In this document: positions 8,406 to 16,590 of the stretch, one piece after another
Layout: each line of letters opens with the position of its first letter
Position numbering within the stretch: position 1 is the stretch's first letter
DNA from: an uncultured Candidatus Saccharibacteria bacterium
GTDB lineage: Bacteria; Patescibacteriota; Minisyncoccia; Phycocordibacterales; PALSA-1337
Assembly: GCA_964349165.1 (NCBI GenBank)
Contig: CAYGFL010000002.1
Span: forward strand, 1 to 39,975
DNA: 39,975 bases
Direction: 5' to 3'
The notes under the pieces: model-generated
What the model was told of the DNA's origin: nothing
The model's input: only the letters and a program-made list of their open reading frames with translations
The model's database searches: none
Made by a program: the position numbers and the translations under genes

Positions 8406-9620
8406 TTAATTTTGCAAGCCCTTGTCCACAGTAGTTGTGGATACGCGATTCAGAGCCGACGCTGTGTACCTATTCGAAGCATTCCACATCATCCAACTAG
8501 TGAGACCTACATCATAAGTTGCAGTGATCTGCGCGCGCACCATCTCTTTAGTGTATGTGGTTCCACCGATACTGAAGTCTTGCAACCATGGTCGTAATTT
8601 CGAAGGAGTTGTACTTGCTGCGATAGCTCTCTCCACACCCTTACCCATAGCATACGAAATAACTTCATATGGTTTCTCTGCCGGCTTTTTGTATCCATTA
8701 AAGTTTGGTGGGTAGTGAGATGGGTAGACCATCGGAGCAACATAGTCGAAATGTGTTAGAGCATCTTCTAGAATCTGCCCGATTCCCAGATCATCTTTAT
8801 TCGAAGTCGTCATACCGAAAAGGTCGGCAGAGATCGGCACACCTTTTGTACGAAAAACATTGTCTATGTATGCAAAAAACTCTTTTAACACTTGCGATTT
8901 TATTTTACCCTGACTATACGGATACGCGATGTCTTCCATATTTCCATCTGATGGAAAACGTATGTAGTCAAAATTCAATTCATCAAATCCTACAGAATAT
9001 GCTTCGTCACCTATAGCAACTAGATAATCCCAGACAGGTTTTGCGCCAGCATCGAGCCAACTTACACCCTTGTGATCTTTCCACACTGCCCCCGCCTTAT
9101 CTTTCACAGCATGTTCTGGATGAGTTTTGACCAAGTATGAGTCTTGAAAAGCAGAGATACGACCTATGACATATATATTTTTATCATGAAGTTCTCCGAT
9201 AAATTCTTTTATATCTGTGATGCGTCTCTCCGATGAACCGAACTTCGCCAATTCCGGATCTTCCACTTCAAAAGCGATCCGACCGGTATAATCTTTTATA
9301 TCTATCACGACAGCATTGAGCTCTGTGTCGTCGATTATTTTGACTAGAGCATCGCGAAGTTTTATATTTCCACCAACCCAACTAGTCATATATAGAGCCT
9401 TGAGAGGTTCAGGAGTCTTCACATGAGTCACGACAAAAGGAGGTGGGCCATCGATGACTGCCGCGAGATGATCTGTTGTAGTGCTGGTATATAGAAGTTG
9501 TTCTCCGTAGGAGATGGCATTATGAATAGATATTCTATTGAAATTAATGATGATAGTGAAAAGAACAAGCACGCCTATTGTACTCCAAGCCAATTTTCTT
9601 ATCGTCCTCCGTATCTTCAT
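8406..9620 (-). CDS. Membrane-anchored putative glycoside hydrolase (DUF4015-type TIM barrel)
   Basis: N-terminal TM (LAWSTIGVLVLFTIIINF). Motifs LNAVVIDIKDYTGRIAF, IYVIGRISAFQD and GFDELNFDYIRFP match the DUF4015 putative glycosyl hydrolase family. Confidence 0.7.
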   Translation of the reverse strand: MKIRRTIRKLAWSTIGVLVLFTIIINFNRISIHNAISYGEQLLYTSTTTDHLAAVIDGPPPFVVTHVKTPEPLKALYMTSWVGGNIKLRDALVKIIDDTELNAVVIDIKDYTGRIAFEVEDPELAKFGSSERRITDIKEFIGELHDKNIYVIGRISAFQDSYLVKTHPEHAVKDKAGAVWKDHKGVSWLDAGAKPVWDYLVAIGDEAYSVGFDELNFDYIRFPSDGNMEDIAYPYSQGKIKSQVLKEFFAYIDNVFRTKGVPISADLFGMTTSNKDDLGIGQILEDALTHFDYVAPMVYPSHYPPNFNGYKKPAEKPYEVISYAMGKGVERAIAASTTPSKLRPWLQDFSIGGTTYTKEMVRAQITATYDVGLTSWMMWNASNRYTASALNRVSTTTVDKGLQN

Positions 9621-9621
9621 G

Positions 9622-9786
9622 CTAATTCAGTTTATTGTCTACATCAGCAGGAAAACGATACGCGATAACTATAATGAGTAGCCCAGATGCAAGAGCGATG
9701 ATCTTGTGCCACATGGACGGCAGTCCGAGAAAAAGAAAGAACATTATCCATATACCGAGCACACACAGCCATTGTCGTTTTGACAT
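9622..9786 (-). CDS. Small (54 aa) two-helix membrane protein, hypothetical
   Basis: Own translation: MSKRQWLCVLGIWIMFFLFLGLPSMWHKIIALASGLLIIVIAYRFPADVDNKLN*. It fills the gap between rsmI and the hydrolase, with its stop 1 nt before the next ATG. It is below the ORF-track size cutoff. Confidence 0.4.
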   Translation of the reverse strand: MSKRQWLCVLGIWIMFFLFLGLPSMWHKIIALASGLLIIVIAYRFPADVDNKLN

Positions 9787-9817
9787 ATATTATTTAATTT
9801 AAAAAATTACCTCACCA

Positions 9818-10501
9818 TTATATCACAGAGACGATGACCACAAACTCTCCTTTCTGTTTTTCTGGAGTTGTCGTGAGTCTTTCAAGGACTTCTTCTGCGC
9901 TACCTTGTATCACTTCCTCATAAATTTTCGTTATCTCTCTGACGATCGTGACCTTTTTTTCTGTTTGATTTAAATGTTCCTTCAGAGACTCTAGAGTTTT
10001 CATAATCCTATGTGTTGATTCGTAGAAAACCATAGTCCTTTCTGATATCGCGATCTCTTTAAAAAGAGTTTCTCTTCCCTTCTTGTGTGGCATGAAACCT
10101 AGAAAAATAAATTCATGAGTAGGAACTCCCGCGATGGAAAGTGCGGATGTCAGAGCAGATGCTCCAGGCACAGACTCGATTTTCAGATCTGGATATTCTT
10201 GTCTGATTTTAGAAATCAAAAGTGAACCTGGATCAGAGATGCCAGGAGTTCCAGCATCAGTGACTAGTGCAATGTTTTTTCCTTTGGCAATTTCTTCGAG
10301 AATTATTTCAACCTTCGCCTCACCGCTCTGGGCATGATAGCTCATGGTCTGAGTAGAGATAGCATGCTTTTCGAAAAGTTTGCGGGTGACTCTAGTATCC
10401 TCGCACAGCACCAGATCCACTTCTTTGAGAATACGAATAGCCCGGAGAGTGATGTCTTCGAGGTTGCCGATAGGTGTAGAAATCACATAAAATATACTCA
10501 T
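9818..10501 (-). CDS. rsmI: 16S rRNA (cytidine1402-2'-O)-methyltransferase RsmI
   Basis: IFYVISTPIGNLEDITLRAIRILKEVDLVLCEDTRVTRKL and DAGTPGISDPG (tetrapyrrole-methylase fold, RsmI family). Confidence 0.9.
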   Translation of the reverse strand: MSIFYVISTPIGNLEDITLRAIRILKEVDLVLCEDTRVTRKLFEKHAISTQTMSYHAQSGEAKVEIILEEIAKGKNIALVTDAGTPGISDPGSLLISKIRQEYPDLKIESVPGASALTSALSIAGVPTHEFIFLGFMPHKKGRETLFKEIAISERTMVFYESTHRIMKTLESLKEHLNQTEKKVTIVREITKIYEEVIQGSAEEVLERLTTTPEKQKGEFVVIVSVI

Positions 10502-10529
10502 ATGATATAGTTATCAGACTATCACATAT

Positions 10530-11633
10530 ATGGCGAAAAACTCAATAATCTACATCACAAAAGATAGAGAAAGGGCAGAAGGAATGCTCGAAAGTTCGAC
10601 ATATTCTATCCTATCCGGCGATGGGTCATCAGACACATTGGAGCTTCTTTCTGGTGTTAAAAATATCGGAGAATCCTCAATCTTGGTATTTAAAAATACA
10701 AAACAGATAGAGGAAATTGCTAAAAAAAATAACTGGAATCTTTTGAATCCCAGCGCCGAACTCGCAGAAAAGATTGAGAACAAAATAACTCAAGTAGAGT
10801 GGTTGGGCGAACTCGCGAGACTCCTCCCTCCTCACTCTGTCATGTTAACCAAGGATATAAAAAATATTCCTTGCGTAGTCCAGTGGGCTCATAGTCATAC
10901 CGGAGAAGGAACACTGCATATTCAGAACGAAAATTCTTTAAAAGAAATTCAGGCAAGGTTTCCGGATCGTGAAGCTCGGGTGACCGAATATATAAAAGGA
11001 CCAATGTTCACTGTAAATATTGTAGTGGCGAAAGACAAGATTCTTGTGGGTAATATCAGTTATCAGATCACAGGTCTTGCTCCTTTCACAGACAATCCAT
11101 TTAGCACTATAGGTAATGACTGGAGTGTGCCTCCTACTATTCTTACAGAGAGTCATCTCGTAGATTTTCATAATATATCTAGTCTCATTGGAAAAAAATT
11201 GCAGGACGATGGTTGGAAAGGACTCTTCGGTATCGATGTTATATATGATGAAGAAAGAGATAAGTTATTTTTAATTGAAATAAATGCTCGACAACCCGCA
11301 TCTACAACTTATGAATCTCAATTGCAGATGAAAGCTCGAGAAAAAGGAGTTGCGGGTATGACTACATTCGAAGCCCATTTGTCTGCACTTACAGACAAAG
11401 ATGTTGATTCTCTTATTGTTATCAACGATGGTGCACAGATAATACAGAGAGTTACTGCTAGTGTAAAAAAAATAAATACCGAATCTTTACAGAAAGCTGG
11501 TTACAAAGTTATGGAATATAAAAATACAAAATTAAATAGTGACTTAGTTCGTATTCAAAGTGAGAGAGGGATAATGGAGACGCATAATAAGTTTAATGGG
11601 AGAGGAAAGGAAATAGAAAAAGATATTATATGA
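10530..11633 (+). CDS. ATP-grasp domain ligase of unknown specificity
   Basis: C-terminal ATP-grasp core GLFGIDVIYDEERDKLFLIEINARQPAST, with a pre-ATP-grasp N-domain. No clear Ddl, RimK or PurK subfamily signature is visible by eye. Confidence 0.7.
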   Translation: MAKNSIIYITKDRERAEGMLESSTYSILSGDGSSDTLELLSGVKNIGESSILVFKNTKQIEEIAKKNNWNLLNPSAELAEKIENKITQVEWLGELARLLPPHSVMLTKDIKNIPCVVQWAHSHTGEGTLHIQNENSLKEIQARFPDREARVTEYIKGPMFTVNIVVAKDKILVGNISYQITGLAPFTDNPFSTIGNDWSVPPTILTESHLVDFHNISSLIGKKLQDDGWKGLFGIDVIYDEERDKLFLIEINARQPASTTYESQLQMKAREKGVAGMTTFEAHLSALTDKDVDSLIVINDGAQIIQRVTASVKKINTESLQKAGYKVMEYKNTKLNSDLVRIQSERGIMETHNKFNGRGKEIEKDII

Positions 11634-12391
11634 AACAAATGCCAACCAAACTCCTTTCAGAAAAAGCTCTCTCTGTCATAGGTCAGTACATGAATTTCCA
11701 CATTGGTGGAGCTGTTTGCTCTATTCCCTACTACAACAATCGTCATTTACGGGCACGTGCGAAACTCAAAGTCCAGATTGGAAAAGGTAGTCCAGAAAAT
11801 ATTCAGGACGAAGTGGAAAATACTGCGCTTTTACAGAAAATAAATTTGAAAGCTATCGACTCTGTAAGTCTCAAGAAATTTCTTGTAGAAAATAATATCG
11901 GCATCGACTGCTCTGGGCTCGCATACTACATTCTTAAATCAGAATATGAACATCTCAAACTCTCATTCCCTTTTCAAAAAGGATTACTCGGAAAACTGCG
12001 TGCCAGATTTCGTCCGATAGAAAATGCTGACGTGGCTACACTTGCTCATGATAAAAATAGTATGACGATCGATCTTAAAAATATTTCTCAAGGAGATATG
12101 ATCACCATGCTCGGTGGATTGGAAAATAAAGATAGAGACCATGTTCTGCTAATTCACAAAGTTGATTATACAGACTCGACACCATCTACTATCTACTACA
12201 CACACACCATCGCATGGCCGACTGATGGAGAATATGGACATGGTGTGAGACAAGGAATAATAAAAATCACTGATTTAGAAAAATCTCTCACAGAACAAGA
12301 ATGGATCGAGGTAGAAAAGACAGCAGAGGAAAACTATACTCTCCTGCGAGCCCTGAAATCCAAGACTGAGATTAGGCGCTTGAGGCTGTAA
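11630..12391 (+). CDS. NlpC/P60 (C40)-like cysteine peptidase/amidase-fold protein
   Basis: IGIDCSGLAYYIL (catalytic Cys motif), GDMITMLGG...DHVLLIHKV (His motif) and a later His in YYTHTIAW. ATGA overlap with the ATP-grasp gene. Confidence 0.5.
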   Translation: MKQMPTKLLSEKALSVIGQYMNFHIGGAVCSIPYYNNRHLRARAKLKVQIGKGSPENIQDEVENTALLQKINLKAIDSVSLKKFLVENNIGIDCSGLAYYILKSEYEHLKLSFPFQKGLLGKLRARFRPIENADVATLAHDKNSMTIDLKNISQGDMITMLGGLENKDRDHVLLIHKVDYTDSTPSTIYYTHTIAWPTDGEYGHGVRQGIIKITDLEKSLTEQEWIEVEKTAEENYTLLRALKSKTEIRRLRL

Positions 12392-12421
12392 TTTACTGCA
12401 TTTTATGCTAAAGTATGCGAT

Positions 12422-13549
12422 ATGATAAGCATACTAGAAGGAACGGCTGATTTGGGCTATATCCTCGGCTTTTCTGTTTTCGCCTGTGCAGTCGCTTTCC
12501 TATGGTCACCTCTGCTCATTCACCTTTTGAACCGTTTCCATATTATGAAAACGGCCAAGGTCGAACTAGCTTCCATAGAGTCTCGTAAGGGAAAAGACAA
12601 CACCCCTATCATGGGAGGTCTCCTCATCATCGTAACTGTAGGAGTTATCAGTCTTCTCTTCAATTGGTCTCGTAGCTTCACATGGGTGCCACTCGGAGTT
12701 ATGTTTCTAGCCGCAATACTTGGTGGACTGGATGACCTTTTAAATATTTTTGGAGCAGAGAGACGATCTAGAAAACTGACTCATATTATTACACTTATAA
12801 AAGTCCACAAGGATTGGAAGATGCGTCTCTGGTATATAGTCACCTTTCCTTGGACTATATTTAAAAGAACTTCGGTATGGCTTGGTTCTAGACCTGGAAA
12901 AGGTATCCATGTGCACGAGAAACTACTCCTACAGTTCGTAGCGGGCACCATCACAGCTTGGTGGGTGTATAGCAAGCTGGGTCAAGCTTGGCACTACATT
13001 TACCTTCCTTTTGGTATTGATATTTTTGCAGGCTGGTTCATTATCCCGATTATTATTTTCATAGTTATGTTCACAGCGAATGCCGTCAACATCGCAGACG
13101 GTATGGATGGTCTGGCTGGAGGCATGCTCATCACGACATTCAGTGCTCTCACACTATTGAGTTGGATAAATGGATTCGGAGAGATTTCTGTACTCAATGC
13201 TACAGCTGTAGGTGCTCTAGTCGCCTATACATATTTCAATATCAAACCCGCGCGGTTCATGATGGGAGACGTGGGATCTCTCGGCCTCGGTGCTCTATTT
13301 GCAGTGAACACTCTCGCCATCGGTGAGATCGGTTCGATCTTTTTCCTTGGTTTTCTTTTTTATATAGAAGCTGTAACTGTGGTTATACAAGTCCTCGGTC
13401 GCTATATCCTAGGTCGTCGCATATTCCGAATGGCGCCACTGCATCATCATTTTGAACTCATAGGTTGGAGTGAAGAGAAGACAATCATGCGTTTTTGGAT
13501 TGTTCATTTCATTTTCGTGGTCTTCGGTATCTGGTTAGCTCTACACTAA
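12422..13549 (+). CDS. mraY: Phospho-N-acetylmuramoyl-pentapeptide transferase MraY
   Basis: NAVNIADGMDGLAGG, MGDVGSLGLGA and APLHHHFE motifs, with about 10 TM helices. Confidence 0.92.
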   Translation: MISILEGTADLGYILGFSVFACAVAFLWSPLLIHLLNRFHIMKTAKVELASIESRKGKDNTPIMGGLLIIVTVGVISLLFNWSRSFTWVPLGVMFLAAILGGLDDLLNIFGAERRSRKLTHIITLIKVHKDWKMRLWYIVTFPWTIFKRTSVWLGSRPGKGIHVHEKLLLQFVAGTITAWWVYSKLGQAWHYIYLPFGIDIFAGWFIIPIIIFIVMFTANAVNIADGMDGLAGGMLITTFSALTLLSWINGFGEISVLNATAVGALVAYTYFNIKPARFMMGDVGSLGLGALFAVNTLAIGEIGSIFFLGFLFYIEAVTVVIQVLGRYILGRRIFRMAPLHHHFELIGWSEEKTIMRFWIVHFIFVVFGIWLALH

Positions 13550-13550
13550 T

Positions 13551-14183
13551 ATGGAATATCTTCATTGGAAAGAAGAAAAGGTTACAGATTTTTCTGAATC
13601 AAATATTTCGGAGATGTATGGTAATGGATTTGTTTTTACGAGAATAGATAAAGGGAAGATGCATCAGACGAGAAGTGTGCGAATCGATCTTTCCAAATTT
13701 GAATTATCTAGTGAGAATAGAAGGGTGTTAAAGAAAACCGAAAGTATAGAACTCAAAGAAAACAAAATCCCCTTTTCCGAATACACTTGGGAGATAGGTA
13801 AAATCGCAAAAGATTTTTATGATAAAAAAGCCGGAGGCGCTTTTTCTGCAAACAAAATAAAAGAAATAATAACTACTGATCATAATTTCAATACTTTATT
13901 TAATTTTTTAGATCTAGGATACGCGATATGTTATATGAATAAAAATATTCTGCACTACTCCTACCCTTTCTATGATTTAGAAAAGTCTCCGAAGGACATA
14001 GGGCTCGGCATGATGATCAAGGCTGTGGTGTGGGCAAAAGATAAAGGATTAAAATATGTTTATCTCGGTTCATTACAGAGACCTGGTGATGTGTATAAGT
14101 TGCAGTTCGAAGGGTTGGAGTGGTTCGATGGGAAGGAGTGGAGTAAAGATTTGGAAAAGGTTAAAATAATACTTCATGAATAA
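13551..14183 (+). CDS. Arginyl/leucyl-tRNA-protein transferase-like protein (ATE/Bpt family, GNAT/Fem-like fold), lacking the Cys-rich N-domain
   Basis: GFVFTR...RIDLSKFELSSENRRVLKK, ILHYSYPFYDLEKSPKDIGLGMMIKAVVWAKDKGLKYVYLGS and YKLQFEGLEWFDGKEW align by eye to Bpt/ATE_C motifs (SAVYTFYDP..SLG...YLGYWI...YK..F.P.E.L..G.W). It starts 1 nt after the mraY stop and overlaps mpl by 8 nt. Confidence 0.6.
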   Translation: MEYLHWKEEKVTDFSESNISEMYGNGFVFTRIDKGKMHQTRSVRIDLSKFELSSENRRVLKKTESIELKENKIPFSEYTWEIGKIAKDFYDKKAGGAFSANKIKEIITTDHNFNTLFNFLDLGYAICYMNKNILHYSYPFYDLEKSPKDIGLGMMIKAVVWAKDKGLKYVYLGSLQRPGDVYKLQFEGLEWFDGKEWSKDLEKVKIILHE

Positions 14184-15531
14184 CCAGCAACATATCCACA
14201 TCGTAGGCATTTGTGGCGTAGCCACTAGCGCCCTGGCTATCGCCTTCAAGAATAGAGGTTGGAAGGTCACAGGAAGTGATAAGGGTTTCTTCCCTCCTGT
14301 CTCTACAGAACTAGAGAGAAATGATATTGCTTTCTATGCTGGTTGGCATCCAGAAAAAATGGGTATGCCAGACTATGTCATAGTCGGAACTGCGTCAGGT
14401 TCTACGAATCCAGAAACTCAATATGCTAGAGAAAAAAATATCCCAATATACTCTTTTGCAGAAGCCATCGGTGAATTCTTGGTGAAAGAAAATTCTATAG
14501 TCTGCGTTGGTACATGGGGAAAAACGAGTTCCTCTGCGCTTCTTTCATATATTCTAGAAAAAGCAGATTTCAATCCATCATATATGTTCGGCGGTGTTTC
14601 TCTTTCACACGAATCGTCTGGAAAAATAACAGATAGTAAGTGGAGTGTCTGTGAAGGTGATGAATACAAAAGTGGTCCGACAGATCCGACTCCAAAGTTT
14701 CAGTACTACAAGCCCACTCACCTATTGCTCACAGCCGTGTCATGGGATCATGCCGATCTTTACCCAACAGAAGAATCTTTTATAAAGACTTTCGAAAAAC
14801 TTGTCGCTTCTGTCGGTTTCATTGTCGCTTGTAGAGATAATGAGAAAGTTGTGCAAGTGGTCGGTGATAAAAAAGTGGTATGGTATGGTAAAGAAAATGC
14901 GGACTATATATACAGTGACATCATACAGACAAAAGACGGATTGGATTTTAAGATAAATGATATAAAAATACATTCACCTATGATCGGCACTTTTCAAGCC
15001 GAAAATATTACTGGTTGTTTCGCCATAGCTCATACGCTAGGTATAGATGCAAAAATAATTGTTGAGGCTGTTGCAGGATTCAAAGGTTTGAAGCGTCGTC
15101 TAGAGAAACGTCTGGATGGAGATATAGTTGTCTTCGATGACATTGCCCACTCTCCAGAAAAAGCCTCTTTTGTATTAAAAAATCTAAGGTCTATCTATAC
15201 CGGAAAGATCATTACAATTTTCGAACCGAATATCGGTGGTCGTAGTCGCGAATCGATAGGTAAATATGATAATGCTTTCAGAGACTCTGACACTGTATTT
15301 ATAGCTAGACTTACAAAATTAAAAATAGGAGAGAGTGACAGACCAATGGAAGGCAACGAACTAACAGAAATTATTGCAAAAACTCATTCGGATGTGAGAT
15401 ACATCGAAGATGATGATAGACTTGTCCAAGAAATAAAAGCCATGGTAAAAGACGGCGATGTCGTAGCTTTCCTTGGCTCCCACGGATTCCGTGGAATGAT
15501 AGAGGCGGTGATTACTTCCCTTCGTCGATAA
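14176..15531 (+). CDS. mpl: Mur ligase, Mpl-type (UDP-MurNAc:L-Ala-gamma-D-Glu-meso-DAP ligase-like) or divergent MurC
   Basis: IHIVGICGVATSALAIAF..GWKVTGSDKGFFPPVSTEL (Mpl-type GICG/YPPMS pattern), P-loop GTWGKTSSSA, and EGDEYKSGPTDPTPKFQYYKPTHLLLTAVSWDHADLY (compare Mpl ADEYDxAFFDKRSKFxHY). Confidence 0.8.
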   Translation: MNNQQHIHIVGICGVATSALAIAFKNRGWKVTGSDKGFFPPVSTELERNDIAFYAGWHPEKMGMPDYVIVGTASGSTNPETQYAREKNIPIYSFAEAIGEFLVKENSIVCVGTWGKTSSSALLSYILEKADFNPSYMFGGVSLSHESSGKITDSKWSVCEGDEYKSGPTDPTPKFQYYKPTHLLLTAVSWDHADLYPTEESFIKTFEKLVASVGFIVACRDNEKVVQVVGDKKVVWYGKENADYIYSDIIQTKDGLDFKINDIKIHSPMIGTFQAENITGCFAIAHTLGIDAKIIVEAVAGFKGLKRRLEKRLDGDIVVFDDIAHSPEKASFVLKNLRSIYTGKIITIFEPNIGGRSRESIGKYDNAFRDSDTVFIARLTKLKIGESDRPMEGNELTEIIAKTHSDVRYIEDDDRLVQEIKAMVKDGDVVAFLGSHGFRGMIEAVITSLRR

Positions 15532-15676
15532 TCTCGGTAGTGAGAGTATCGTCTTGTATCATCTTTATCAACAGTGTAATACCACAATGATTGCACTCTA
15601 TGACCATACCTTCTTTAAGTGAAGGATAATTTGAAAGATTTATATTGTTTTTGCATTCTGGACAGTATGATTTCAT
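15512..15676 (-). CDS. LysW-like zinc-ribbon mini-protein (54 aa)
   Basis: Own translation: MKSYCPECKNNINLSNYPSLKEGMVIECNHCGITLLIKMIQDDTLTTEIIDEGK*. It has CPEC...CNHC spacing and an acidic tail, like the LysW/amino-group carrier family. It is not in the ORF track; the track's 15384..15596 ORF is in another frame and looks like junk. Confidence 0.5.
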   Translation of the reverse strand: MKSYCPECKNNINLSNYPSLKEGMVIECNHCGITLLIKMIQDDTLTTEIIDEGK

Positions 15677-15726
15677 ATATTTTCTGTATACTTCTAATAG
15701 TACCTGAAACGTTGTAGTATATCAAT

Positions 15727-16590
15727 ATGATAACCCCACACGAGAAACATGACGAATTAGCCAAGGAACTGGGTCTTTCTTCTCCTGTCTTCTTTAAAAG
15801 AGAGGATCTGCACCCATATGGGTCTCATAAGGGCAGATCGATCCCACATATGATAGATGAGAAGATTGCAAAAGGTTGCAAGCATTTTGTCATCTCTTCT
15901 TCAGGCAATGCCGCCTTGGCTGCTGGACTCTATGTTGAAAAGTTGAACTCCGAAGGTAAAAATATCACTTTAGAAATATTCGCTGGAAAAAACATATCTC
16001 CGAAAAAACTTGAAAAACTAGAGGCTCTAAAAAGTGAAAATATTCTAGTATCTTTACAAGACAGACCTCTGCAAGCCCTCTTCATGAAGACTCAAGATCC
16101 TTCGATCGAGAGTCTACGTCAGTCCAATGATGATATCGCTCTTGTAGGATACGAATCTCTTGCAAAAGAACTCCTCGAGATCCCAGATCTCTCTGCAGTC
16201 TTCATGGGGACTTCCTCTGGTACCACGGCGCAGGCCATCGCAGAATATTTTAGAAAAAATGATAAAAAAATAGAAGTCCATATTGTCCAGACTTCGTCTT
16301 GCCACTCGATAGCCGATGCTTTCGTCGATAATTATAGTAGTGAAGAGAAATCGATCGCAGACGCCATAGTCGATCAGACAGCGTTACGCAAAGATACTTT
16401 GGTACCCCTCATAACCTCTGGTTGGATCGCCTCGAATGAACAGATAATATCTGCGCAAGAAATAGTTCAAAAAAATACAGATCTTGATATATCGACCAAT
16501 AGCGCCCTCTCAGTTGCTGGACTTATGCAAGCGGTATATACAGGTAAAACATGGAGAGGGCCTCTCGTCTGCATGATCTGTGGGGACTAG
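15727..16590 (+). CDS. PLP-dependent enzyme, fold type II (Trp-synthase-beta/threonine-synthase-like superfamily)
   Basis: REDLHPYGSHKGRS (PLP-lysine motif, compare xPTGSFKDRG), ISSSGNAALAAGLY and GTSSGTTAQ (phosphate-binding loop). Confidence 0.65.
   Translation: MITPHEKHDELAKELGLSSPVFFKREDLHPYGSHKGRSIPHMIDEKIAKGCKHFVISSSGNAALAAGLYVEKLNSEGKNITLEIFAGKNISPKKLEKLEALKSENILVSLQDRPLQALFMKTQDPSIESLRQSNDDIALVGYESLAKELLEIPDLSAVFMGTSSGTTAQAIAEYFRKNDKKIEVHIVQTSSCHSIADAFVDNYSSEEKSIADAIVDQTALRKDTLVPLITSGWIASNEQIISAQEIVQKNTDLDISTNSALSVAGLMQAVYTGKTWRGPLVCMICGD

Noticed and set aside
8083-8409. Track ORFs 8083..8274 (minus, 63 aa) and 8158..8409 (plus, 83 aa) as protein-coding genes
   Set aside because: Both are rich in Arg, Ser, Pro, Cys and Thr and have no motifs. 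They overlap each other on opposite strands, and their GC-rich codon content is unlike every confident gene in the window. They are better explained as chance ORFs in a GC-rich non-coding or RNA region.
15384-15596. Track ORF 15384..15596 (minus, 70 aa)
   Set aside because: It lies mostly inside the mpl coding region in a junk frame (Arg/Tyr/Ser-rich). The adjacent frame, 15512..15676, gives a zinc-ribbon protein with proper CxxC pairs and was preferred.
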